A stretch of 64,000 bases of DNA from Hydrurus foetidus. Lineage: Eukaryota. Below, piece after piece: positions 31,371-40,899 of the stretch. A model generated the notes under the pieces. It was not told the origin of the DNA. It worked only from the letters and a program-made list of their open reading frames with translations, and did no database searches. How positions within the stretch are numbered: the stretch's first letter is position 1; each line of letters starts with the position of its first letter. Position numbers and translations under genes: made by a program. The stretch spans positions 1,488,001-1,552,000 of the forward strand of contig UYFQ01000001.1 of assembly GCA_900617105.1 (NCBI GenBank), read 5' to 3'.

Positions 31371-32888
31371 ATGCAAAACGGAAACCGCCTGGCCGCTGTG
31401 GACTTGGGCTCCAACAGCTTTCGCCTGGAGATTGGGCGGGTAGACCACGGTGAGTTTCTGCGCACCGAATACCTCAAAGAGACTGTCCGCCAAGGCGGTG
31501 GTCTGGACGAAGAACGCAACCTGACCCCCGCCGCCATGCAGGCTGGCTGGGAGTGCCTGGCCCGCTTTGGTGAACGGCTGGCGGGCTTCAAGCCGCACGA
31601 AGTGCGCGCAGTAGCGACCCAGACCCTGCGCGAGGCGCGCAACCGCGATGCCTTTCTGGAACGTGCCAACGCCGTGCTGGGCTTTCCCATCGACGTAATC
31701 TCCGGGCGCGAAGAAGCCCGCCTGATCTACCAGGGCGTGGCGCAAATGCTGCCCGCCTCGGACGAGCGCCGCCTGGTGATCGACATTGGCGGCCGCTCTA
31801 CCGAGCTGATTTTGGGCACCGGCCTCACGCCGACCGTAATGGAATCATTCCGCGTGGGCAGCATCGCCTGGTCCAAACGCTACTTCCCCGACGGCGGCTT
31901 TAGCAAAAAATCCTTCGAGATGGCAGAGATTGCCGCCAAAGCCGTGCTTGATGAAGCCCTGGACGCGTACCCGCGTGACCGTTGGGACACCGCGTATGGC
32001 TCCGCCGGTACGGTAGGCGCTATCGGAGATGTACTGGTAGCGGCCGGTTGGCCCGCCGGTGTAGTTACCCAAGATGGCCTGGACTGGTTGCTGGACCGCC
32101 TGATTGCCGCCCAAAGCGCTGACCGCCTGCGCATGCCTGGCATGCGCGAAGACCGCCGCGCCATTATTGGCGGTGGCGTGAGTGTGATGCGCGCTGTCTT
32201 CAGCCTGCTGGGCATTGCCGAGATGCAGCACGCCGCAGGCGGCCTGCGCCATGGCCTGATCTGCGACCTGCTGGGGGCCACCCAGCAGTTTGGTGACATG
32301 CGCGCCAAAAGCGTGGAGCGCCTGGCCCTCAAATTCAGCGTGGATACCGCCCATGGCGAGCGCGTGGGCAAGGTTGCCACCCAACTGCTGCAACAAGCCC
32401 TGGGCATTTCCGATGCACAGGCCCAAGATGAAGAATCTGAGGCCGGTGGCCAGCTGCGCAAACTGCGGTGGTCGGCCGTACTGCACGAAATCGGCAGCCA
32501 TATTTCCCATAGCGACTACCACAAGCACGGCGCCTACATCCTGGACAACGCCGATGCAGTGGGCTTCTCCCTCTCGGAAATGCACCGCCTGAGCCTGCTG
32601 GTGCTGGGCCATCGGGGCAAGCTGCGCAAGCTCGAAGCGTCGTTAGGACAAGACGATTTGGTGCTGCAGCTGCTGTGCCTGCGCCTAGCCGTCATCTTGT
32701 GTCACGCGCGCCGCGCGCCAGACCTGCAAGGCATGGCACTGCGGCGCATGAATGCCAAGAGCCGGCAACTGGAACTGGTGTGCCGCCCGGGTTGGGCCGC
32801 CGCCTTTCCCCAGTCCGCCCACCTGCTGCGCGAAGAAACCCTGGCCTGGCAAAAGACGCCCTGGAGTCTGGAGCTCAGCGGGCTCTAA
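31371..32888 (+). CDS. ppx: Exopolyphosphatase Ppx/GppA
   Basis: DLGSNSFRL, ISGREEARL, DIGGRSTE, LHEIG..ISH..YHKH. Confidence 0.95.
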   Translation: MQNGNRLAAVDLGSNSFRLEIGRVDHGEFLRTEYLKETVRQGGGLDEERNLTPAAMQAGWECLARFGERLAGFKPHEVRAVATQTLREARNRDAFLERANAVLGFPIDVISGREEARLIYQGVAQMLPASDERRLVIDIGGRSTELILGTGLTPTVMESFRVGSIAWSKRYFPDGGFSKKSFEMAEIAAKAVLDEALDAYPRDRWDTAYGSAGTVGAIGDVLVAAGWPAGVVTQDGLDWLLDRLIAAQSADRLRMPGMREDRRAIIGGGVSVMRAVFSLLGIAEMQHAAGGLRHGLICDLLGATQQFGDMRAKSVERLALKFSVDTAHGERVGKVATQLLQQALGISDAQAQDEESEAGGQLRKLRWSAVLHEIGSHISHSDYHKHGAYILDNADAVGFSLSEMHRLSLLVLGHRGKLRKLEASLGQDDLVLQLLCLRLAVILCHARRAPDLQGMALRRMNAKSRQLELVCRPGWAAAFPQSAHLLREETLAWQKTPWSLELSGL

Positions 32889-32902
32889 ACCCTAACCCTC
32901 TG

Positions 32903-34705
32903 CTAGTTCACGCGACGCTCCCAAAGGCCCACGCCGGCCTGCTTCGCGTCGTGCTTGGCTAGCGCGGCCAGATTGGCCACATCCTCGGCCCGCGTGTACT
33001 GGCTACCGTCAATCGCCACGGCACCAATAGCCAGCGTGGTGCAGGGAAAGAAGCGCATCACGCCATGGCGGTCTTCCGCCTCAATACCCCCCAGAGCCCG
33101 TGCTTGTTCGTCAAACATGGCCAGCGCACGTTCGGCGAACTCCTGCACCAGACGTTCGCAGCGCTGCTGCCAGTCCGGGCTTTGGAACAGGAGAATGAAA
33201 TCGTCGCCCCCCACATGGCCTAAAAAATCGCGCTGTGAATCGCACTGCTCCATCGCAATGCGCGCCAGCAGCCGGATCATCTCGTCGCCACGCCAGTAAC
33301 CGTAGTAGTCGTTGAACGGTTTGAAATTGTTCAGGTCGGCGTAGCAGGCGACAAAATGCACCTCTTTTTTCAGCAGCCGCTCGATGTGCTGGCTGATCGG
33401 AATATTGCCCGGCAAAAAGGTCAACGGGTTCGCGTGGCGGGCGGCCTCGATGCGGGTCTCGGTCACCGAACGCACCAGCTGGTCGCCAGTACCCAGGCCC
33501 ACATAGTGGCCGTTTTCAGTGGCGATAAATCCGTCCGACAAATAGCGCTGGTCCTGCGACGTCAATATGCCCACCAACTCGTCCACACTGTGCTCGCGCT
33601 CGATCAGGCGCGGCTCGCGATTGGCATGCACGGCGCAGGGCTTGCGCCCCCACACCTCGCGGTAGTAAAGCTTGGTGTACTCGTTCATGAACTGCGCGCG
33701 GTTGATGATGCCAACCGGGTTGTCCCCATCCAGCAGTGCCACCGCGTGCAGTGTGGGCTGTTCCAGAAACAATTTGGCCAGTGCGTCGTTGCTGGTGTCC
33801 GACGTCACGGTGGGGGCGCGCAGCAAGGACAGGCTGCGCAAATGCCCGCCCTGCGCAACCCGGCCAAGCTCGGGAAACACCACCACCTGGCGCTCATTGA
33901 GCACGCGCTGCGGATCTACCCCCAGGTACTTCAACGGCGCGCGGTTCGGGTGGCCCAGAAAATACCCTTGACCATACTCAATGCCCAGGTCCCGCAGCAC
34001 ACGCAGGTCCTCGGCAGTTTCAATGCCTTCTGCCACCAGCGAGCTGCCGAAGATGGTGGCAATTTGCTGCAGGGCCTGGATGGTCTTGAGCTTGTCACCA
34101 TGCTCGCTGATGTTGCGGGTGAAGTACTTGTCGATCTTCACCACCTCGGGTTTAAGCTGGGACCACAAGCGCAGGCTGGATCGGCCGTCGCCGAAGTCGT
34201 CTAGCGCGAGGGACACACCCGCAGAGCGGATCTCGCTCACCACATGGGCCAGACGGTCCATGTCATCCACGCGCTCGTGCTCGGTGATCTCCAGCACCAG
34301 CATGCGCGGCACCACTCGCATCTCCTGAATCCAGCGCAGCAGACCGTCGCGCCCGCGCATCTGAAAAATGCGGGTCAGGGCATTGGCGCTGATGTTTACA
34401 AACAGGCGACCCACGCCACGCATCTGGCCCCAGCTGCGCAGGGTGGCCATGACGCAGGCACACTCAAATTCGTAACCCAGATTTTCTTGTGCCGCAGCAC
34501 GCAGCAGGTTGTCGGGGGTGTGCATGGGCGTGCCAGCGGGGCCGCGAATCAGCGCCTCATGCGCATGGATGGACGCATCCGCCAGATTCACGATGGGCTG
34601 AAACACCGGGTACAGTGCACCGTCGCTCAACACCTTCTCCAGCGGTCCCGGCTCGACTTTCACCGCAGTGCGGGTTGGCACCGAACGCAGGGTTAAAGTG
34701 GGCAT
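32903..34705 (-). CDS. c-di-GMP metabolic protein, EAL-CBS-GGDEF
   Basis: FQPI, HEALIRG, EITE, DDFGDG, KID, VAEGIE, QGY; DLNNFKPFNDYYG and GGDDF; start position approximate. Confidence 0.9.
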   Translation of the reverse strand: MPTLTLRSVPTRTAVKVEPGPLEKVLSDGALYPVFQPIVNLADASIHAHEALIRGPAGTPMHTPDNLLRAAAQENLGYEFECACVMATLRSWGQMRGVGRLFVNISANALTRIFQMRGRDGLLRWIQEMRVVPRMLVLEITEHERVDDMDRLAHVVSEIRSAGVSLALDDFGDGRSSLRLWSQLKPEVVKIDKYFTRNISEHGDKLKTIQALQQIATIFGSSLVAEGIETAEDLRVLRDLGIEYGQGYFLGHPNRAPLKYLGVDPQRVLNERQVVVFPELGRVAQGGHLRSLSLLRAPTVTSDTSNDALAKLFLEQPTLHAVALLDGDNPVGIINRAQFMNEYTKLYYREVWGRKPCAVHANREPRLIEREHSVDELVGILTSQDQRYLSDGFIATENGHYVGLGTGDQLVRSVTETRIEAARHANPLTFLPGNIPISQHIERLLKKEVHFVACYADLNNFKPFNDYYGYWRGDEMIRLLARIAMEQCDSQRDFLGHVGGDDFILLFQSPDWQQRCERLVQEFAERALAMFDEQARALGGIEAEDRHGVMRFFPCTTLAIGAVAIDGSQYTRAEDVANLAALAKHDAKQAGVGLWERRVN

Positions 34706-34753
34706 GGCATGGGTTCCAAAACGACAGCGAGAGGGGCAGTCTAGAGATGTCAT

Positions 34754-34770
34754 ATGACATATCGATGACA
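34754..34770 (-). promoter_or_regulatory. Pho box upstream of the EAL/GGDEF gene
   Basis: TGTCAT twice at 11-bp spacing on the minus strand; overlaps the palindrome TGTCATATGACA (34748-34759). Confidence 0.7.
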
Positions 34771-34848
34771 AAATCGTGTCACGTAATTTTGTAAAAACAT
34801 TTAAACGGTATAAACTGTATATATCGTTTATTTTTTAAAGGAAACTAC

Positions 34849-35346
34849 GTGACTACTGCAGACATTGCCACCGGTGTTGAAATCAAAGCCCCAGCCAACG
34901 TGACTCCCAAGGCCGCAGCAAAGACACCGACCAAAGTGCCCGCCAAAACTGCGCCGAAGACTGCTACCAAAGCCCCAATCAAGGCCAAAGCCAGCGCTGC
35001 CAAAAAGCCTACCGCACCGGCAAAGAAGCCTGTCGCTCCTGTGGCCGCCAAGCCCGTGAAGGCGTCCGCCCCAAAACGCGCAGCCAAGCCTGTAGTAGCT
35101 GCTGTTGCCAAGGTCAAGAAACCAAAAATGGTTCGCGACAGCATCAGCATCCCCAAGCCCGAATACGATGTGCTCGCGGTGCTAAAGCTGCGCGCTGCCA
35201 AGCAAGGTACTCCCGCCAAAAAGACCGAACTGATCCGCGCTGGCATCAAGGTATTGGCTGCCCTGTCCGATACCGCCTTCAAGGCTGCGCTGCAAGCCGT
35301 GCCTAGCCTGAAAACGGGCCGCCCAGCCAAAGCCAAAAAGGCCTGA
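34849..35346 (+). CDS. Histone-H1-like basic protein: Lys/Ala/Pro-rich N-terminus plus a small globular C-terminal domain
   Basis: PKAAAK/PAKK repeats; C-terminal KMVRDS.SIPK.EY...KKTELIRAG...LKTGRP; GTG start with AAGGA RBS. Confidence 0.75.
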   Translation: MTTADIATGVEIKAPANVTPKAAAKTPTKVPAKTAPKTATKAPIKAKASAAKKPTAPAKKPVAPVAAKPVKASAPKRAAKPVVAAVAKVKKPKMVRDSISIPKPEYDVLAVLKLRAAKQGTPAKKTELIRAGIKVLAALSDTAFKAALQAVPSLKTGRPAKAKKA

Positions 35347-35359
35347 AGCAGCGCCTGGC

Positions 35360-35821
35360 CTAGAGCACCTCGGGGGACTGCACCGTGACCACCACGGCCT
35401 GGGCAATGCCCTCGCGTTCGCGGTAACGTAGCCACCAGATGGCGCCTTTTTTCACGGCGCAATCGGCTTCGGCCAACCCGAGCAAGCGTGCAATGGTGCG
35501 GCCCAGCGTAGGCTGGTGGCCCACCACCAGCACACAGCCCTTGGCATGCGGCCAGTGCACCAGGTCCAGCAAGTCGTCCACGGTGGACAACGGGGCCAGG
35601 GCCGCATGGGTTTTGAACTTGCGGCCCAGCGCCTGCGCGGTTTGCTCGGTGCGCAGGGCCGGGCTAGCCCATACCTTGGCACCGTCGGGCAACTGGCGGT
35701 CCAGCCATCCCGCCATGCGGGTAGCCTGCTTTTCGCCTTTGGTGGTGAGGGTACGCACCATGTCGTCCCCCACCAGCTCCAGATCAATGGCCTCTGCGTG
35801 CCGCCACAAAATCAGGTCCAT
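35360..35821 (-). CDS. sixA: Phosphohistidine phosphatase SixA-like
   Basis: LILWRHAEA, SPALR..QT, VVGHQP. Confidence 0.88.
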   Translation of the reverse strand: MDLILWRHAEAIDLELVGDDMVRTLTTKGEKQATRMAGWLDRQLPDGAKVWASPALRTEQTAQALGRKFKTHAALAPLSTVDDLLDLVHWPHAKGCVLVVGHQPTLGRTIARLLGLAEADCAVKKGAIWWLRYREREGIAQAVVVTVQSPEVL

Positions 35822-35836
35822 CGCGGTAACTCCCTT

Positions 35837-37930
35837 TTATCCTTTGTCGTTGCGCCCGTAGCGGCCCATCAGCGCTGCTTGTGCACCATGGGCAGGCACG
35901 TCGGCGATCGCTTCATGCCGGTGGTACACGCCATCAGCGCCCAGGTCCCACGCGTCCACGCCGTCGTGCAGGTAGGCCACCAAGCATTCATCCACAATGC
36001 GCTGGCGCTGCACGGGGTCAGTCACCGGCCAGGCCAGTTCCACGCGGCGCACCATGTTGCGGTTCATCCAGTCGGCGCTCGACAGGTAGAGGTCTTCCAC
36101 CTCGCCCTGGCGGAAATAGAACACGCGCGAGTGCTCTAGAAAGCGCCCGATCACCGAGCGCACCCGGATGTTGTCGGTATAACCCGGCACCTGGGCGGGC
36201 AGCATGCAGGCGCCGCGCACAATCAAATCGATCTTCACACCCTGACTGCCCGCGGCCATCAGGCTGCGGATCAACGCCTCGTCGGTCAACGAGTTCATCT
36301 TCACCACGATGCGTGTGTCCACGCCGCGCGCCGCCGCCACGCCCAAGGCATCAATCTTGGCAACCAGCTTGCGGTGCAAATAAAACGGCGCCAACCACAG
36401 CTTGGACAGGCGCGGCAGCTTGCTCTGGCTGGCCAGATGCACAAACACATGCTCCATGTCCGTGGTGAGCGCGACATCCGCCGTGAGGTGGCTTACGTCG
36501 GTATACAGCTTGGCAGTGCGTGGGTTGTAATTACCTGTGGAGAGATGCCCGTAGCGCTTGAGCGACTTGCCCTCGCGCCGGGTGATCAACATCATCTTGG
36601 CGTGGGTCTTCAGGCCCACCACGCCGTACACCACCTGGGCGCCTATGGACTCCAGCATCTCGGCCCAGTTGATGTTGGCCTCTTCGTCGAAGCGGGCCTT
36701 AAGCTCCACCACCACGGTGACTTCTTTGCCACGGCGCACGGCTTCGCGCAGCAGGTCCATCAGCTCCGAATCCGCGCCGGTGCGGTAAATGGTTTGCTTG
36801 ATGGCCAGCACTTGCGGGTCGTTCACCGCCTCGCGCAAAAACATCAACACGCCGTCAAAACTCTCGAACGGCTGATGGATCAGGATATCGCGTTGCTTGA
36901 GCTGATCAAAAATAGACTGCCCCGAATGGATATGCACCGGGTAAGCCGCGTGGTAGGGCGCAAAGCACAGATCGGGGCGATCGGCCAGGTCGATCAGTTG
37001 TGTCAGGCGCACCAGATTCACCGGACCATGGACGCGGTACAGCGCCTTGGCCGGTAGCGCAAACTGCTTTAGCAAAAAGTCCGCCAGATATTCGGAGCAA
37101 CCGGCCGACACTTCCAGTCGCACGGCCTGGCCATAGTGGCGGTGCACCAAACCCTGGCGCAGCGCCGTGCGCAGGTTTTGCACATCGTCTTCGTCCACTG
37201 CCAGGTCCGAATGGCGGGTCACGCGGAACTGCGAAAACTGCCCCACTACCCGCCCGAGAAACAACTCGTCCAGGTGCGCCCGAATGATGCTGGACAGTGA
37301 CACAAACCAGGCCTTGTTGCCGGCCACTTTCTCGGGCATGCGAATCAGGCGCGGCAGCACACGCGGCACCTTCACAATCGCGATTTCGTTCTCGCGCCCA
37401 AACGCGTCTTTGCCGCTCAGCCGCACAATGAAGTTCAGTGATTTGTTGGCCACCTGCGGAAACGGATGCGAGGGGTCCAACCCCACAGGGATCAGGAGCG
37501 GGCGCACCTCGCGCTCAAAGTACTGCTTGACCCAGGCACGCTGCACGGCATTGCGCTCACCATGCGAAACAATGCGCAGCCCCTGTTGCTCGAATGCGGG
37601 CATGAGCTTTTCGTTGTACAGCGTGTATTGACGCGCCACCAGCTGGTGCAGGGCCTCTGCCAGCCGGTCAAACGAACCTACCGAGTATTGCCCTTTGTGG
37701 TCATTGGCCTGGAAGGCGCTCAGGTGGGGCTCGGCCCGCACCTCGAAGAATTCATCCAGGTTGCTGGAGACGATGCACAGAAAACGCAAGCGCTCCAGCA
37801 GGGGTACATCGTCGCGCACCGCCCAGTCCAGCACCCTTTCGTTAAATGCCAGAAGGCTGTGGTCGCGGTCCAGCAATGCGGGGGGGCTGGATTGCACCAG
37901 CGTGGGGGGCTTGCGAGGAAAAGGCAGCAT
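35837..37930 (-). CDS. ppk1: Polyphosphate kinase 1
   Basis: FNERVL, SSNLDEFFEVR, ELKARFDE, KTHAKM, GRFLEHSR, SSADWM.RN. Confidence 0.97.
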   Translation of the reverse strand: MLPFPRKPPTLVQSSPPALLDRDHSLLAFNERVLDWAVRDDVPLLERLRFLCIVSSNLDEFFEVRAEPHLSAFQANDHKGQYSVGSFDRLAEALHQLVARQYTLYNEKLMPAFEQQGLRIVSHGERNAVQRAWVKQYFEREVRPLLIPVGLDPSHPFPQVANKSLNFIVRLSGKDAFGRENEIAIVKVPRVLPRLIRMPEKVAGNKAWFVSLSSIIRAHLDELFLGRVVGQFSQFRVTRHSDLAVDEDDVQNLRTALRQGLVHRHYGQAVRLEVSAGCSEYLADFLLKQFALPAKALYRVHGPVNLVRLTQLIDLADRPDLCFAPYHAAYPVHIHSGQSIFDQLKQRDILIHQPFESFDGVLMFLREAVNDPQVLAIKQTIYRTGADSELMDLLREAVRRGKEVTVVVELKARFDEEANINWAEMLESIGAQVVYGVVGLKTHAKMMLITRREGKSLKRYGHLSTGNYNPRTAKLYTDVSHLTADVALTTDMEHVFVHLASQSKLPRLSKLWLAPFYLHRKLVAKIDALGVAAARGVDTRIVVKMNSLTDEALIRSLMAAGSQGVKIDLIVRGACMLPAQVPGYTDNIRVRSVIGRFLEHSRVFYFRQGEVEDLYLSSADWMNRNMVRRVELAWPVTDPVQRQRIVDECLVAYLHDGVDAWDLGADGVYHRHEAIADVPAHGAQAALMGRYGRNDKG

Positions 37931-37945
37931 GAACACGATCCATTT

Positions 37946-37997
37946 GTGACATAACGGTGAACAATTGTTTACACCTTAGATGACAGTTTTGTGACAT
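37946..37997 (-). promoter_or_regulatory. Array of Pho half-sites upstream of ppk1, partly inside the upstream gene
   Basis: TGACA-like units on the + strand at 37947, 37958, 37969, 37981 and 37992 (~11-bp period). Confidence 0.7.
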
Positions 37998-39045
37998 TTC
38001 GTAATGCGGGGGCGAGCAAGCCGGAACCGGCACGCGCCGACACCAGATGCCCCGCAAACAGCAGCGAAGCATAGGCCCAACTGAAGTGTTGTGCACGCGT
38101 GCGTGCCTCATGGCGAGGTACTGCCAGGGCGCCATACCAGCCGGCGACCAGATTCGCATCGAGCACGCCGCCCTGGGCGGGCGACCCCACCACCTCGTTA
38201 GGGCCTTCCACCGGATAGGCAGCTACCGGTGTGCCGCATGCCATGGCCTCCAGCATCACCAGGCCAAAGGTCTCGGAGCGGCTGGGCATGACGAACACAT
38301 CCGCTGCGGCATATACCTTGGCCAGCTCGTCGCGCGCCAGCACACCCAGCCAGCGCACATGGGGATAACGCTCGCGCAGGCTTTTCTCCAGCGGCCCCAC
38401 ACCGCACACCACCTTGGTTCCGGGCACGTCCATAGCCAGAAATGCTGCAATATTTTTCTCGTACGACACCCGGCCCACAAACAGCGACACCGGGCGAGCC
38501 AGCACACCGAGTGCGGGGTACACCCTGGGAACCTCCTGGTACGGGAACAGCTGTACGTCCACGCCATGCGTCCAGCTGCGCAGATTGCGAAAACCCTTGG
38601 CATCCAGCATGCGCAGCACGCTGGGCGTGGGGACCATCACGCCCGACGAGGGTTTGTGGAAGTAGCGAAACAGCGCATAGCCCAGCCACAGCGGCACCTT
38701 GAGCGCGGCCAGCAGGATTTCGGGAAAGCGCGTGTGGTACGCCGTGGTGAAGGCCAGCTTGCGCTTGCGGCAATAGCTGCGGCCTGCCCAGCCTAACGGA
38801 CCTTCGGTGGCGAGGTGGATGGCGTCGGGCGCACAGGCGTCCAGCATCTGCGCCAAGGGTTTGGCAGGGCGCACCGCCAGGTCAATACCTGCATAGCCGG
38901 GGCAAGGGCGGGTCTGGAAGAGTCCGGGGTGGATCACCTCCACCACGTGGCCCAGACGTTCGAGTTCGCGCACCAGTTCCACCAGGGTGGTCACCACCCC
39001 GTTGACCTGGGGTTGCCATGCGTCGGTAATCAGGGCGAGCTTCAT
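37969..39045 (-). CDS. GT4 glycosyltransferase, Agt-like glycolipid synthase
   Basis: MKLALITDAW.PQVNGVV, HLATEGPLG, FTTAYHT, VGRVS.EKN, ETFGLVMLEAMACGTPV. Confidence 0.88.
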   Translation of the reverse strand: MKLALITDAWQPQVNGVVTTLVELVRELERLGHVVEVIHPGLFQTRPCPGYAGIDLAVRPAKPLAQMLDACAPDAIHLATEGPLGWAGRSYCRKRKLAFTTAYHTRFPEILLAALKVPLWLGYALFRYFHKPSSGVMVPTPSVLRMLDAKGFRNLRSWTHGVDVQLFPYQEVPRVYPALGVLARPVSLFVGRVSYEKNIAAFLAMDVPGTKVVCGVGPLEKSLRERYPHVRWLGVLARDELAKVYAAADVFVMPSRSETFGLVMLEAMACGTPVAAYPVEGPNEVVGSPAQGGVLDANLVAGWYGALAVPRHEARTRAQHFSWAYASLLFAGHLVSARAGSGLLAPALRNVTKLSSKV

Positions 39046-39895
39046 GCGTGGGGTGTCCTGAGTCGGACAGGCCAAAACCGCAGTGGCCGACTTGGCCAAA
39101 GCCGCTTCCACGCCCAGTAAAGCAGTTCCAGCGCCCGTCCTGTGTTCAACCAGCGCGGTGCGGCTTTCCACCCAATCGCCATCGTTGCAATACAGCGTGC
39201 CGTGATGTCACGCATTTCAGCGCGGTGAATGTGGCCACAGACCACGCCGTCGTGGCCGCGCTGCCGGGCTTCGCGGGCACGGCGGCCTCAAAGTCGGTCA
39301 CGTAGTTCAGCGCGCTTTTCACCTTGTGCTTAAGGTAGGCCGAGAGCGACCAGTACGGCAAACCCAAACGCCCGCGCAATTGTTCAGGTGACGGTTCCAG
39401 TTTGAGCGTGAAGTCGTACAGTGTTGTCGCCCAGGTAGGCCAGCCACTTGGCGCACTGGATCACGCATCAAAGTAGTCCCCATGGGTGACCCACAGCTTG
39501 CGGCCATCGGCGGTGGTGTGAATGGCTTCTTGCTGCACATCGATACCGCCAAACTGGTGGCCGACAAAGCCACGTGCAAACTCGTCATGGTTGCCGGGCA
39601 TGAAGACCACGCGGCAGCCTTTGCGGGCACGTTTGAGCAGTTTTTGCACCACGTCGTTGTGCGCCTGCGGCCAAAACCATTTGCGCCGCAGCTGCCAGCC
39701 GTCCACGATGTCGCCCACCAGGTACAGGTTGTCGCTGGGGTGGTGCTTCAAAAAGTCCAGCAGCGCCTCGGCCTGGCAGCCTGCGGTGCCCAGGTGGATG
39801 TCGGAGATGAAGATGGTGCGCAGCGGCGGTGCCGTGCCTCGTCGTCATGGGCTCAACGGCCGTCTGGCCACCAAAACCGGCCAGTGGCTTCCCAT
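39042..39895 (-). CDS. Metallophosphoesterase, PlcP/LpxH2-like (frameshifted, boundaries approximate)
   Basis: FISDIHLG, LVGDIVDGW, PGNHDE, THGD.FD, YWSLSAYLK.KVK, CGHIH, CNDGDW.ES fragments in different frames. Confidence 0.8.
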
Positions 39896-39918
39896 GTGCG
39901 TCTGAAGCGCGGTGCGCA

Positions 39919-40757
39919 TCAGCGCCCCCAGAAAGTGCTTGCGGTAACGCGGCGGCAATCGGCGATGCGCATCAGCATCGGCAAGTCCGCCGAATTGAAA
40001 TCAGGGTCCCAGGCCGGTGCGCCCAGCACCTTGGCGCCCAACCGCAAATAGCCTTTGATAAGTGCGGGGGCTCGACGTGAAGCGTCGTCATCCAGCTGTT
40101 CAACGGCAGCGCCAGGCGCGGCTGCACATGGTAGTCGATCGGGGCCAAGTGCGTTTGCCTGCACCTGGCGCCAGATGCTGGCTGCTACTTGGCCACTGAT
40201 CACACCGTTGTCAGCATGGGGATGCTGGCGCAGCCGATCATGGTGTCGAGCTGGTTGCGCACCATGAATTCGGTCAGCGCGCCCCACAGCGCCAAAATCA
40301 CGCCGCCGTGGCGGTGGTCAGGGTGCACGCAGCTGCGGCCCAGCTCTACCATGCGCTCGCGCATGCTGCGCAGGCGGGTCAGGTCAAATTCAGTGTCGCT
40401 GTAAAAACTGCCCACGCGCTTGGCCTGGGTGGGCGTGAGCACGCGGTAGGTGCCCACCACCTGGCCACTGGCCTGGTCGCGCACGATGAGGTGCTCGCAG
40501 TAGTTGTCAAACAAGTCCACATCGTGGCCGGCGATGGGGGTATTCAAGCGAGCCCCCATTTCACCGGCGAACACGTCAAAGCGCAGGCGCTGGGCGGCGC
40601 GCACTTCGTCCTGGTGGCGGGCCCAAGAAACTTCTATACCGTTGCGCGACGAGGCGTTGTCTACCGCCAGTACGGCAGGTTTCACCGCGACGGGCGCTAT
40701 TGGATGCACCGTGGGCGAGGCCAGCGTGGGCACGGCAGTGGCGGATGTTGTTGGCAT
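39919..40757 (-). CDS. GNAT acyltransferase, OlsB-like ornithine-lipid N-acyltransferase (frameshifted)
   Basis: AQRLRFDVF.GEMGA, D.FD.YCEHL, VGTYR, FYSDTEFDL, ELGRSCVH, LIKGYLRLGA...DPDFNSAD. Confidence 0.8.
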
Positions 40758-40812
40758 TCTTGTCCCCTTCCTTGAGCGTGATTGCACTGAACACGGAGTG
40801 TGGGGAGCGCCT

Positions 40813-40851
40813 GTTACCCAAACATGGCAGAGGTGTGAAGCTTTTGTGACA
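40813..40851 (-). promoter_or_regulatory. Pho box array upstream of the olsB-like gene
   Basis: Minus-strand TGTCAC, CTTCAC, TGCCAT, GGTAAC at an exact 11-bp period. Confidence 0.65.
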
Positions 40852-40869
40852 AACCACTGTGCCCACCTT

Positions 40870-40899
40870 TATTTCAATAATTCAAGTATTATTGAAATA
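40870..40899. promoter_or_regulatory. Putative ArsR operator
   Basis: Perfect 12-bp inverted repeat TATTTCAATAAT-N6-ATTATTGAAATA abutting the arsR ATG. Confidence 0.75.
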
